Positions 49,897 to 59,036 of a stretch of DNA of 64,000 nucleotides are shown here, one piece after another. The position numbers were made by a program, and so were the translations under genes. Under the pieces are notes generated by a model, which was not told where the DNA came from, searched no databases, and saw only the letters and a program-made list of their open reading frames with translations. Numbering within the stretch: position 1 is the stretch's first letter; every line of letters begins with the position of its first letter. The stretch lies in assembly GCF_024298765.1 (NCBI RefSeq), contig NZ_CP101210.1; one strand, given 5' to 3'. This DNA comes from Escherichia coli (GTDB taxonomy: Bacteria > Pseudomonadota > Gammaproteobacteria > Enterobacterales > Enterobacteriaceae).

Positions 49897-51360
49897 ATGG
49901 CAAAAAATAACAATGATAAAATGCGGGCAAAGTATAGGCCGTTCATAAATATATGGGAACATCTTCCTTCTGAGTTCAATGAACTCATCAAGACGTTAAT
50001 GGTGCTGATACGGCAAGGGGAAAATGTGGGAGCTCAGCAAAGGGAGCTTGATTCCATCGAAAACTTCAAACACCTGTTAAGTGGATGGAAGCGGGCGCAA
50101 AGGATCATAGCTGATGAACTCATTATCAGGCTTTCTCAAATCAAGGATCTGGAGTTAGAAAAGAATTGTGCCCATTCAAAAAAGGACTATGAAACAAAGA
50201 AGAAGTGTATACGCAATATTGAAAGGACTAGACTAGAAATTAGGATTTTACGTAGGTGCATTGATTCAATTGTATGGGCGATATTCCGCAATGAACACTC
50301 GTCTATAAGACGGTTACCTATAAATAGAAATACTGACAATCTGACAATATTTAATATACATGATTCAATGGTGGTAGCAGATGAAATCAATGCTGATCCG
50401 ATGGCTATAGCTGTTATCACTGATATTACTACGTTTGTACATACTGGTGATTTACTTGCGTTAATACCTCAGCAAGGCATAACTTTAATTGAAATAAAAA
50501 GTGGTAAGAAAAATATAGAGTTTTCAAAGGCGGCTATGTTCTCAGTGCAAAGTAAATGTCTTCATTTTGATGAGATTTATAGAAAAGACCTTGATAAAAA
50601 TGACTTGAAACACTATGACAGAGCTAAGCGTCAACTTAAAAGAGCTCAAAATGTGATAGATGTCATTGAAACTGGTAAGGGATTTGATAACTTTTTTCAG
50701 TCTCAAGTAACAATTCATGACAGAGATTTTTGTCCCGATTTTTATACAGATAAGATTATTGAGCTTTGGTATGAGATATATAACGGTAAAACTTGGGCGA
50801 TTACTGACATTAATGATTGTTTATTCCTTGGGGCATATATTAATTCTAATATGGGTTTTTGCGGTTTTAATGGATGGATGGAGGTATCTAGAATATCGGG
50901 GAGAGTGTTTAATATTCTTGATAGCTTTTCAGATGCTTTATCACGTCCATTTTTTAGTTTGAACCTACCTGATAAATTGCTTCTGGATATCATTAATGGC
51001 AATCTAATTGTTGTGCTGTGTTTCGATCATCGTCGTTTCGTAGAAAGAGCAAATAAAAAATACCCCGGGATTTATGAGTTATTGGACTTTCCATCTCCGA
51101 AGATTAATCCTATGAGTATGCTTTCCATCAATGGGAAGGGGGTAGTTTCTAGTGTTGATGGACAGAGTGTTTTTATTGGAAATGGTTACGAAACACGGAT
51201 TATTTTTGATCAGCAATATCCAGATAGTCTGATTAAGTGGTCATACCATATGAGTGATCTCAAAAAAAATATTGATAAAAAAAAGCGTAAAATGAAAAAG
51301 GAAACGCAAAGAAAAATAAAAGAGAAAAGAAAACGTAGCAGAAAACAATGCTTAAACTAA
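49897..51360 (+). CDS. hypothetical protein, about 487 aa, AT-rich prophage cargo; possible PD-(D/E)xK nuclease-like core
   Basis: ORF 49873..51360 (GTG); preferred start ATG 49897 (or TTG 49891) after GAGGAG at 49876..49882; Lys/Asn/Ile-rich; motif AIAVITD...GDLLALIPQQGITLIEIKSGKK fits hhhD-x(n)-ExK; highly basic C-terminal tail; no family recognised. Confidence 0.6.
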   Translation: MAKNNNDKMRAKYRPFINIWEHLPSEFNELIKTLMVLIRQGENVGAQQRELDSIENFKHLLSGWKRAQRIIADELIIRLSQIKDLELEKNCAHSKKDYETKKKCIRNIERTRLEIRILRRCIDSIVWAIFRNEHSSIRRLPINRNTDNLTIFNIHDSMVVADEINADPMAIAVITDITTFVHTGDLLALIPQQGITLIEIKSGKKNIEFSKAAMFSVQSKCLHFDEIYRKDLDKNDLKHYDRAKRQLKRAQNVIDVIETGKGFDNFFQSQVTIHDRDFCPDFYTDKIIELWYEIYNGKTWAITDINDCLFLGAYINSNMGFCGFNGWMEVSRISGRVFNILDSFSDALSRPFFSLNLPDKLLLDIINGNLIVVLCFDHRRFVERANKKYPGIYELLDFPSPKINPMSMLSINGKGVVSSVDGQSVFIGNGYETRIIFDQQYPDSLIKWSYHMSDLKKNIDKKKRKMKKETQRKIKEKRKRSRKQCLN

Positions 51361-51490
51361 CACATCTAATGCTTTAATTTGCTTTACTGTTACAATGTCC
51401 GCTTACTGGTACAGGGCGGACTGCCATATTAGATTTGGTTCTATCTCGTAAGAGTGGCCGTTCAGGTCTGCACTAATACATCTGAATGGT

Positions 51491-52600
51491 TCACTCTGTT
51501 TCTGCTATCCATTCCGGGATTTTTGCTTCAAGCTCAAGCTGAGTGGTAAAGCCGCTGTTATCAATGGTGTGCTCGGCTTTTGCAATAATCCAGTCCTGAT
51601 TATCAATCTCGCTTTTAAATCCTGTTACCGTGCCATGCATTTCGGGGAAGAGTTCTGCGCGTCCGCGTGCCAGTGTGATGGAGAATGATGCGGCTCCGCG
51701 TTGTAGTTGTTGCCACTTTGCCGCCGCTGCGCGTCTTGCTGCCTGCTCGTTCTGATAAGTCTTGCGTAACACAAACACATTGCCTTCCGCGCCTTCCATA
51801 TAATCACCTTCACGGCTGCTGCTTTTCTCTTTTTTCGGTTTTGGCGGTTTGCGGCGTTTCACGCTGACTTTTTTCTTTTTCCCGTAATTAAGATCAAGCC
51901 AGTAAGCGCGTACCCCCGTATACGCCTCGCGGTCAGCAATGCGGAACTGATGGCGATCGCCGCTGCTGCGTGTGATGGCGAACGATGGCAACGGCTGGCC
52001 CTGTGCGTTCACGCCACCGCCGGGCATGATGAATAACAGATTACCGCTTTTTACCGTGGTGATTGCGCCCAGCATTTCCGCCATGCGCGTAAGGAAGGAC
52101 ATGTCACTTTCTTCGGTCTGGTCGGCGTGGTCGATTTCGATATGCATCAGCATTTCGCTGATTTGCGGTTTCAGACCGTACCGATGAGCGATGGCGGATA
52201 CCACACGCTCAACGGTCACATCATGCCAGGACACCTCACGTTTAACGTTAAATTCATCCCGAAAATCTGCGCTTCTGGCTGAAACAGTCAGCCTGTCCGG
52301 CGGTCCTTCGTGTGCGATTTCATCGACAATGTAAGAGCCTTTTTCTGTCAGCGGTTCGCCTTTCCAGCCAATGAGAACCGTCAGGCGCGCGCCCCGTGGC
52401 GGTAGCCGCAACTGACCATCCGCATCATCCAGCGTGATGGTGAGCTGGTCTGCCTCAAATCCCCGGTTGTCGGTCAGCGACAGGCTCATCAGGCGCTCTG
52501 CCACGCCGGACAGCGTTTTACCCTCCGCGAGAATATCAAAATCCGGCATTTTTACGGGGTCTGTGCCCTGACTGAGCAATTGCATGGTGGTGTCGGTCAT
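51491..52600 (-). CDS. P2 gpD-family tail protein (late control gene D)
   Basis: ORF 51491..52732; start taken at ATG 52600 (MTDTTMQLLSQG, GGAGGG RBS); matches gpD-family sequence (...LSLTDNRGFEADQL...SARSADFR...FSITLA.GRA.L.PE...). Confidence 0.8.
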   Translation of the reverse strand: MTDTTMQLLSQGTDPVKMPDFDILAEGKTLSGVAERLMSLSLTDNRGFEADQLTITLDDADGQLRLPPRGARLTVLIGWKGEPLTEKGSYIVDEIAHEGPPDRLTVSARSADFRDEFNVKREVSWHDVTVERVVSAIAHRYGLKPQISEMLMHIEIDHADQTEESDMSFLTRMAEMLGAITTVKSGNLLFIMPGGGVNAQGQPLPSFAITRSSGDRHQFRIADREAYTGVRAYWLDLNYGKKKKVSVKRRKPPKPKKEKSSSREGDYMEGAEGNVFVLRKTYQNEQAARRAAAAKWQQLQRGAASFSITLARGRAELFPEMHGTVTGFKSEIDNQDWIIAKAEHTIDNSGFTTQLELEAKIPEWIAETE

Positions 52601-52757
52601 CTGTTCCCTCCCTGTGCGGCATGGTCGCATGTGCGTGCGGCGGGGGTTACTGCTTTTTGTTGTCGCCGGGTCGGGAGAACGGCGCAGGGGTGAGATTACG
52701 CGCGTGGTGGGTGATGATTGTTGCCGAATCATTTAACGGATACAAGGGGCTGAAGCT

Positions 52758-53942
52758 ATGAGTGAAACTCGTTTTCATGGTGCCCGTGTTACGGAAAATA
52801 CCGACCTGGTAACAGCGATTAACGATGTTGATTCCAGCGTTATCGGTATCGTGGCAACGGCGGATGATGCGGACGCGAAGCTGTTCCCGCTGAACAAGCC
52901 CACACTGCTGACCCGCGTCAATGACGTGCTGGGAAAATGCGGGACAACGGGGACGCTTTATCGTGCGCTTAAGGCCATCGCAGACCAGGTGAGCACAAAG
53001 GTGATCGTCGTTCGCGTGGCTGAACACAAAGAAGAAGACGGAAAGACGCAGGATCAACTGGTTATCGGTGGTTCTGAGGATGACGGCAGCTATACGGGGA
53101 TGTATGCGCTGCTTGTTGCAGAGCAGGATGAAAGCATCGGATACCGTCCGCGTATTCTGGCCGCGCCGGAGCTGGACACGGAGGCGGTAACAAAATCCCT
53201 GTGCGTGATTGCGGGTAAACTGCGCGCGTTTGTGTATGCCTCATGTCACGGCTGTAACACGATGGCTGAGGCGATTACCTACCGCCAGAAATTCAACGAA
53301 CGTGAGGTGATGCTTTTATGGCCGGACTTCATCGCCTACAACCCGAAAAGTGGCAAAAACGAAACGTTCCCCGCGCCTGCCTATGCGTGCGGCCTTCGTG
53401 CGTACATTGACCATGAGCAGGGCTGGCACAAATCGCTGTCCAACGTTCCTGTTAAAAATGTGCTGGGAATGTCCAGGCATGTGTTCTGGTCGTTGCAGGC
53501 CGAAGACAGTGATGCCAACAGCCTCAACAACAAAGAAATCACGACCATTATTCGTCGCAACGGGTTCCGCTTCTGGGGCAACCGCACACCGGAAACGAAC
53601 GCCTACATCTTTGAGGTGTATACCCGAACCGCACAGGTGCTGGCTGATTCAATTGCGGAAGCGCAGTTTGAAACCATCGACAGTCCACTGACGCCTGCGA
53701 ACGTGAAGGATGTTATCAGTGCCATCAGGGCAAAACTGGATTCACTGGTTACTGCCGGGAAACTGATTGGCGCGGAGTGCTGGTATGACGTGGTGGATAA
53801 CAGCACCACGGATTTACGTCAGGGGCGTGTGCGTATTCGCTACAAATATACGCCTGTTCCGCCACTGGAAGACATGGAGCTTTACCAGACGTTTACTGAT
53901 GAATACTTTGAACCTGCATTTGCGGTGCTGGGAGGTGCCTGA
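52758..53942 (+). CDS. P2 FI-family tail sheath protein
   Basis: 394-aa ORF; close match to P2 FI as I recall it (...ETFPLNKP...LRAF.Y...WPDF...DQEQGWHK.LSNV...IRR.GFRFWGNRT...YTPVPPLE). Confidence 0.85.
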   Translation: MSETRFHGARVTENTDLVTAINDVDSSVIGIVATADDADAKLFPLNKPTLLTRVNDVLGKCGTTGTLYRALKAIADQVSTKVIVVRVAEHKEEDGKTQDQLVIGGSEDDGSYTGMYALLVAEQDESIGYRPRILAAPELDTEAVTKSLCVIAGKLRAFVYASCHGCNTMAEAITYRQKFNEREVMLLWPDFIAYNPKSGKNETFPAPAYACGLRAYIDHEQGWHKSLSNVPVKNVLGMSRHVFWSLQAEDSDANSLNNKEITTIIRRNGFRFWGNRTPETNAYIFEVYTRTAQVLADSIAEAQFETIDSPLTPANVKDVISAIRAKLDSLVTAGKLIGAECWYDVVDNSTTDLRQGRVRIRYKYTPVPPLEDMELYQTFTDEYFEPAFAVLGGA

Positions 53943-54454
53943 TGGCTGTGCCAAAACATCTTCGCTTTTTTACGCTGTTTGTGGATGGTGAAAACGAAGT
54001 GGGTAAGGTGACGTCCGTCACTCTGCCTAAGCTGACGCGCAAAACCGACAGCTACCGGGGGGGTGGCATGATGGGTGCGGTAAGTATTGATCTCGGTCTG
54101 GACGACTCCGCGCTTGATGCGAGCTTTGTCATGGGGGGCGCAGTTCGTGAGCTGTTCCTGAAGTATGGCGGCACGATTGACGGCACGCTACTGCGTTTTG
54201 CGGGTGAATACTACACCGATGCAGAAAGCGACCTGTATGAAGTCGAAATGCGCGGACGTGTGACGGAAATTGATATGGGGGAAGCCAAACAGGGCGAAGC
54301 CACATCACACACTTACGCCATTAAAAACACCTACTACAAGCTGAGTGTTAACGATCGCCCGTTGTGGGAGATTGATCTGCTGAACTTCATTTACCGGAAG
54401 GACGGCAAGGACATTGTGCCCGATCGCATCCGTTCCGCGCTTGGGCTTGGCTGA
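53942..54454 (+). CDS. P2 FII-family tail tube protein
   Basis: 170-aa ORF immediately after the sheath gene (ATGA overlap). Confidence 0.8.
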   Translation: MAVPKHLRFFTLFVDGENEVGKVTSVTLPKLTRKTDSYRGGGMMGAVSIDLGLDDSALDASFVMGGAVRELFLKYGGTIDGTLLRFAGEYYTDAESDLYEVEMRGRVTEIDMGEAKQGEATSHTYAIKNTYYKLSVNDRPLWEIDLLNFIYRKDGKDIVPDRIRSALGLG

Positions 54455-54508
54455 TAAGTAATATGCAGGCGGCGCAGTGCGTCGCCTCTGACTGAAAGGA
54501 GTTTCCTG

Positions 54509-54874
54509 ATGAAAGAGACGAAAAACATCGATACCGAAAACACGGTAGTTACTGACACTGTGAAAGAAACCAGTGAGCGTGGCGTAAAACTTACCCAACC
54601 AATTGAGCGAGGCGGCGAAAAAATCACGTATGTGGATATCACCGGGGCTATTGAGCAGGCTGGATCTCTGCGAGATTTGTCGCTGTCTGATGTGCTGAAT
54701 CTGAAAGCGGAATCCATGTTTACGCTGCTGTCACGCGTGACATCACCGCGACTGGATGAAGTGACGATCAAAAAAATGGCATCCCGTGACTTTATTCAGT
54801 TATGTGTGGTTGCCGTAAATTTTTTGAGCGGTGCGGACTCTGGCGGGAAGAACGAACAGGCGACGGAAGCCTGA
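54509..54874 (+). CDS. P2 gpE-family tail assembly chaperone
   Basis: 121-aa ORF between the tube and tape-measure genes; contains a slippery site near its 3' end. Confidence 0.7.
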   Translation: MKETKNIDTENTVVTDTVKETSERGVKLTQPIERGGEKITYVDITGAIEQAGSLRDLSLSDVLNLKAESMFTLLSRVTSPRLDEVTIKKMASRDFIQLCVVAVNFLSGADSGGKNEQATEA

Positions 54875-55038
54875 TCACGGTTGTGTGCTTTGAGCACATA
54901 GAAGACTTTGTGGCGGATATTGCCGCCATTTTTAACTGGTCGCCCGCCGAAATCTTCATGATGACGCCCGGCGAAGTGGTTAGCTGGCGTGAGCGGGCGG
55001 CACTTCGCAGCGGGAATGCAGACAATGAAGACTCTTGA
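54820..55038 (+). other. programmed -1 frameshift site (TTTTTTG at 54820..54826) and E' extension ORF giving an E+E' fusion
   Basis: ORF 54802..55038 is in the -1 frame relative to gpE and overlaps its 3' end; TTTTTTG heptamer at the overlap, as in P2 E/E' and lambda G/GT. Confidence 0.65.
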
Positions 55039-57832
55039 TATCCGGGTCGCTTTCAGCGCCGTTGACAGGCTGACCCGGCCTGCCGAAAACGCCCGCCGCC
55101 TGATGGGGCAGTTTGGTGACTCCATCCAGCGAACGCAGGGGGCGATCAAAAATCTCGAGCGTCAGGCGCGTTCATTTGAGCGCGCCCGTGACGCTGTCAG
55201 TAAAGCGGATGCTGGCATCGTGAAAGCACGACGCCAGCTTAACGCCCTTAATCAGTTACAACGCACGGGTACAGTGCTCAGCGAAAAACAACAAAAGCTG
55301 ATGCAGCAGTTAAGCACCCGGCTTGAACGCCTGAATGAATCGCGCACACGGGAAATTCAGAAAATGCGGGAGCTTGGCGGAGAGCTGAAACGCCACGGCA
55401 TTTCCCTGACAGGCAGCGATAACACCATCCAGCAGGCCATCAGACGCACCGAACAGTACAACAACCAGCTTGAACGCGAACGGCAGGCGCTTGCGCGTGT
55501 AACGCGGGCGCGTGAGCGGTATTCGCGCGCGCAGGAAACAGCGGGAAAACTGAAAACAGGTGGTGCGCTGGCAATTGGTGCGGCAGCGGCGGGCGGCTAT
55601 GCTGCCGGGCGTTTTTTGCAGCCTGCGATCGGGTTCGGCAAAGAGATGTCCCGCGTTCAGGCACTGACGCGAATCGACCAGAACAGCCCGCAGTTTAAGG
55701 CGCTGCGTGAGCAGGCGTTAAAACTTGGCTCTGAAACGCAGTTCACCGCAGGCGATGCCGCCAGTGGACAGGCATTTCTTGCAATGGCTGGCTTCACTCC
55801 GCAGGCCATTCAGGCTGCGCTTCCCGGCGTGCTGAGCATGGCAACGGCTGGCGGTATGGATCTCGGCGAGACGGCAGATATTGGCTCAAATATCCTGACG
55901 CAGTTCGGCCTTTCTGCTGACCAGATGGACCGGGTCGGTGACACACTCACCGCAGCGTTTACCCGTACCAACACTGACCTTCGCGCACTGGGCGAAACCA
56001 TGAAATATGCAGGTCCGGTGGCGGGTAAGCTGGGAATATCGCTGGAGCAGGCCGCAGCGATGGCTGGCGTGCTGGCGAATATGGGCATCAGAGGGAGTGA
56101 TGCCGGGACGGCAATGCGTGCCAGCCTGGCTCGTCTGGCATCACCGCCAAAGGCGGCGGCAGAAGCTCTGAAAGAGCTGGGCGTGTCCGTCTCGGATGCC
56201 GGGGGCAAAATGCGCCCGATGGAGGATGTGCTGGCCGACCTTTATAAAGCCACCCGCAAATACGGGGAAGTTGACCGGGTATCGTTCTTTAAGGACATTG
56301 CCGGAGAAGAGGCTTTCACATCGTTTATGGCGCTCGTTGATGCAGCGGGTGACGGTTCCTTACCCAAACTGAGAAAAGAACTTGAAGGCGCGCGCGGTGA
56401 GGCTGAACGCACAGCAAAGGTTATGGCCAACAACCTTGACGGCGATCTGAAATCACTCGGCAGTGCATGGGAAGGGTTGCGCATCCGCATTGCAGATCTG
56501 ATTGACGGTCCGCTGCGTTCTGTCACGCAGTGGCTCGCGCGGGTGGTATCAAGGGTGACGGCGCTGGCGCAGGCCCATCCGGCACTGACGCGCCAGCTAC
56601 TGATAGCAGGCGGTGCGTTGCTGGCAATGACTGCAACGGTTGGCTCGTTGTCGCTGGCTATTGGTGTGCTTGCTGGTCCGCTGGCAAAACTGCGTCTTGG
56701 TTTTTCTCTCCTGACCGGATCAATGAATGCTGTCAGGGTCCTGCCAGCACTATGGGGAATGGTGACGGGTTCCGTTTCTTTACTGGGAGGCGCTATCGGG
56801 GCGCTGATCAGTCCGGTTGGTCTTATCGTGGCTGCGCTTGCCGGAGCTGCCGTTCTTATCTGGAAATACTGGGATCCCATCAGGGCATTTTTTGCCGGGG
56901 TGTTCAGCGGGATTATGGAAAGGCTGACCCCGTTGCGCGAAACCTTTGAACGGTTTGGTCCTGTTTTTGACGCAATCGGAAGCGGGATCAGCCAGGTGTT
57001 TAACTGGTTTAAATCGCTGCTGTCACCGATGGAGTCCAGCAAGGAAACGCTGGATAAATGTACCAGTGCTGGCGAGATATTCGGTAACGTTCTTGGCGGT
57101 GCGTTACAGCTTGTTCTGACACCTGCAAAAATGCTACTGGATACGCTGGCGTGGATACTTGAAAAACTTGGCGTCCTTCCGGATGAAGCGGAAAAGGCGC
57201 GCAAGAAAATCGAAGACGCACAGCGTGCGGCCATTCTTCAGGACAAGGTTGCCTTGCTTCAGGGGGACCTTGCGAAAATCAATCCGCCGAAGCCTGTGGA
57301 AAATGGCAATGGCACCGGAGGTGATAAACCCAAAGACAACAAACCGCTCACAGACAGCAATACCGGGACGCTACGCAGACTCAGCAAAATTGCTGATAAC
57401 ACAGGTAAGCTGGTTGATGAGACGAAAAAACGCATTGGCCCTGGCGATATTGTCTTTAAGAACCTGCCCCGCGCACTTGCTGTTCGTGGGGAGTGGCAGG
57501 AGCGGAAGATTGCGCAGGTCAGTAAGCCTGCCCCCGCAATTAATATCACACCCGTAGTCCCGGCTCCGCTGCCTCCGGCGCTGGTCCCTGTTGTTGCGGC
57601 CAGCTCCCGCCCGGTGGCGGAGGCCATACGATCGCCAGTGGCATCAGTTCCTGCAGCTTCCCGTAATCGGGAGCCTGCTGTCTCCAGATTTGGCGGTGAA
57701 ATTCATGTTCATCTGCATAACGTTGTTACGCAGAATCCCCGCGAACTGGCGAAACTGGTCGGTGAAATGGTCAGGGCAGAGATGGAACGGCGCGCCCGTG
57801 CCGGACGTGGCAGTTTTTACGATAAAGATTGA
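55025..57832 (+). CDS. P2 gpT-family tail tape measure protein
   Basis: ORF 54989..57832 (947 aa; ATG 55025 preferred), long alpha-helical Ala/Gly-rich protein with TM-like segments, between E' and U. Confidence 0.8.
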   Translation: MKTLDIRVAFSAVDRLTRPAENARRLMGQFGDSIQRTQGAIKNLERQARSFERARDAVSKADAGIVKARRQLNALNQLQRTGTVLSEKQQKLMQQLSTRLERLNESRTREIQKMRELGGELKRHGISLTGSDNTIQQAIRRTEQYNNQLERERQALARVTRARERYSRAQETAGKLKTGGALAIGAAAAGGYAAGRFLQPAIGFGKEMSRVQALTRIDQNSPQFKALREQALKLGSETQFTAGDAASGQAFLAMAGFTPQAIQAALPGVLSMATAGGMDLGETADIGSNILTQFGLSADQMDRVGDTLTAAFTRTNTDLRALGETMKYAGPVAGKLGISLEQAAAMAGVLANMGIRGSDAGTAMRASLARLASPPKAAAEALKELGVSVSDAGGKMRPMEDVLADLYKATRKYGEVDRVSFFKDIAGEEAFTSFMALVDAAGDGSLPKLRKELEGARGEAERTAKVMANNLDGDLKSLGSAWEGLRIRIADLIDGPLRSVTQWLARVVSRVTALAQAHPALTRQLLIAGGALLAMTATVGSLSLAIGVLAGPLAKLRLGFSLLTGSMNAVRVLPALWGMVTGSVSLLGGAIGALISPVGLIVAALAGAAVLIWKYWDPIRAFFAGVFSGIMERLTPLRETFERFGPVFDAIGSGISQVFNWFKSLLSPMESSKETLDKCTSAGEIFGNVLGGALQLVLTPAKMLLDTLAWILEKLGVLPDEAEKARKKIEDAQRAAILQDKVALLQGDLAKINPPKPVENGNGTGGDKPKDNKPLTDSNTGTLRRLSKIADNTGKLVDETKKRIGPGDIVFKNLPRALAVRGEWQERKIAQVSKPAPAINITPVVPAPLPPALVPVVAASSRPVAEAIRSPVASVPAASRNREPAVSRFGGEIHVHLHNVVTQNPRELAKLVGEMVRAEMERRARAGRGSFYDKD

Positions 57833-57838
57833 GGAGTC

Positions 57839-58333
57839 ATGGTCATGATGATGATCTACGGCATGTTTGTTTTTGAGCTGCGCACACTGCCGCATCAGCA
57901 GTTACAGCAAAACAAAAGCTGGCGGCATGTGAAAAATGAACGCGTTAACCGTTCAGCAAGCTGGCAGTATATAGGTGCAGGTGATGATCGCATTGTGCTT
58001 TCCGGCGTGCTTTATCCTGAAATTACAGGTGGCGAAGTGTCGCTTTCGTTGCTGACCACGCAGGCATATACAGGACGCCCCTGGCCTCTGATTGATGGTG
58101 TCGGGCAGATTTACGGCATGTATGTGCTGACTGAAACGAATACGACCCGTTCCGAGTTTGATCGCTACGGTAAGGCGAAAAAGATAGAATTTTCACTGAC
58201 CCTTGAACGCTGTGATGAGGATTTGCGGGAGCGCCTGCAATCCTCATCATTCAGCGATATGCTGTCCGGCTTCAAAGATAAGGTGACATCATCTCTTAAC
58301 AGCGCGGCCAGTTCAGTTAAAGGGCTGTTCTGA
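57839..58333 (+). CDS. P2 gpU-family tail protein
   Basis: 164-aa ORF MVMMMIYGMFVFELRTLPHQQLQ... following the tape-measure gene. Confidence 0.75.
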   Translation: MVMMMIYGMFVFELRTLPHQQLQQNKSWRHVKNERVNRSASWQYIGAGDDRIVLSGVLYPEITGGEVSLSLLTTQAYTGRPWPLIDGVGQIYGMYVLTETNTTRSEFDRYGKAKKIEFSLTLERCDEDLRERLQSSSFSDMLSGFKDKVTSSLNSAASSVKGLF

Positions 58334-58344
58334 TTTAACACAAA

Positions 58345-58370
58345 AACCGCTAATGGTCAGATTAGCGGTT
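58345..58370 (+). terminator. hairpin between convergent gpU and pin (putative terminator)
   Basis: aaccgctaat-ggtcag-attagcggtt followed by T-rich sequence; overlaps the pin stop codon. Confidence 0.45.
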
Positions 58371-58953
58371 ATTTTGTTTCCTGACTCTTCTCTATTGTTC
58401 CGATTGATTCTCCTGCGGGGTGGTAACGATAAATCGTCGATATACCAATGCCGTAAATTATTGCCAGTTGTTTTCTGTCGTGCCCGTTTTTGATCAGCCT
58501 TGCTATTTGCTCATGCTGTTCTTTTGTCAGCTTCGGTCGACGTCCGCCTGTGCGCCCCCGTGCGCGTGCTGCCGCCAGTCCGGCCAGTGTACGTTCAACA
58601 ATTAATTCACGTTCCATTTCAGCCAGGGCACCCATCACGTGGAAGAAAAAACGCCCCATTGGAGAAGATGTATCTATGCTGTCGGTCAGACTGCGAAAAT
58701 TAATTCCTCGCTCCCGTAGTTCCCCGACGAGAGAAATCAGATGTTTCATGCTTCGCCCGAGGCGATCCAGTTTCCAGACAACCAACGTGTCACCTTTTTG
58801 AAGGCGCTTTAAAGTGCGTTTTAATCCCGGTCGGTCTGTCTTTGTCCCGCTTAATTTATCTTCAAATATTTGTTCACATCCTGCACAAACAAGAGCGTTT
58901 CGTTGCAGGTCTGTATTCTGGTCATTTGTTGATACCCTGACATAGCCAATCAG
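58369..58953 (-). CDS. pin: serine-recombinase DNA invertase (Pin/Gin/Hin/Cin family)
   Basis: ORF 58369..58974; MLIGYVRVSTNDQNTDLQRNAL... from ATG 58953; catalytic Ser in YVRVSTxDQ and C-terminal HTH. Confidence 0.85.
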   Translation of the reverse strand: MIGYVRVSTNDQNTDLQRNALVCAGCEQIFEDKLSGTKTDRPGLKRTLKRLQKGDTLVVWKLDRLGRSMKHLISLVGELRERGINFRSLTDSIDTSSPMGRFFFHVMGALAEMERELIVERTLAGLAAARARGRTGGRRPKLTKEQHEQIARLIKNGHDRKQLAIIYGIGISTIYRYHPAGESIGTIEKSQETK

Positions 58954-59010
58954 CATTCTGAATCTCCCGTCCAAAAGCGCAAATCATGCCATGCAGGCCA
59001 GAAACGGCCA

Positions 59011-59036
59011 TTATCTAAAACCTCGGTTTACAGGAA
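59011..59036. repeat. invertase recombination site (gix/pix-like), right copy
   Basis: ttatctaaaacctcggtttacaggaa closely matches the Mu gix / e14 pix 26-bp site as I recall it; lies between the pin start and the silent tail-fibre segment. Confidence 0.7.

Noticed and set aside
56242..57627. Minus-strand ORFs (56242..57234, 57259..57627) inside the tape-measure gene
   Set aside because: Antisense to gpT; Ala/Ser/Pro-rich low-complexity translations.
52601..58368. Explaining the inverted FI-U block as part of the normal Pin-invertible segment
   Set aside because: The two recognisable pix/gix-like sites are at 59011 and 62082, not at the block boundaries, and I found no comparable inverted repeat at 52.6 kb or 58.35 kb; the block inversion is reported as a separate unexplained rearrangement.
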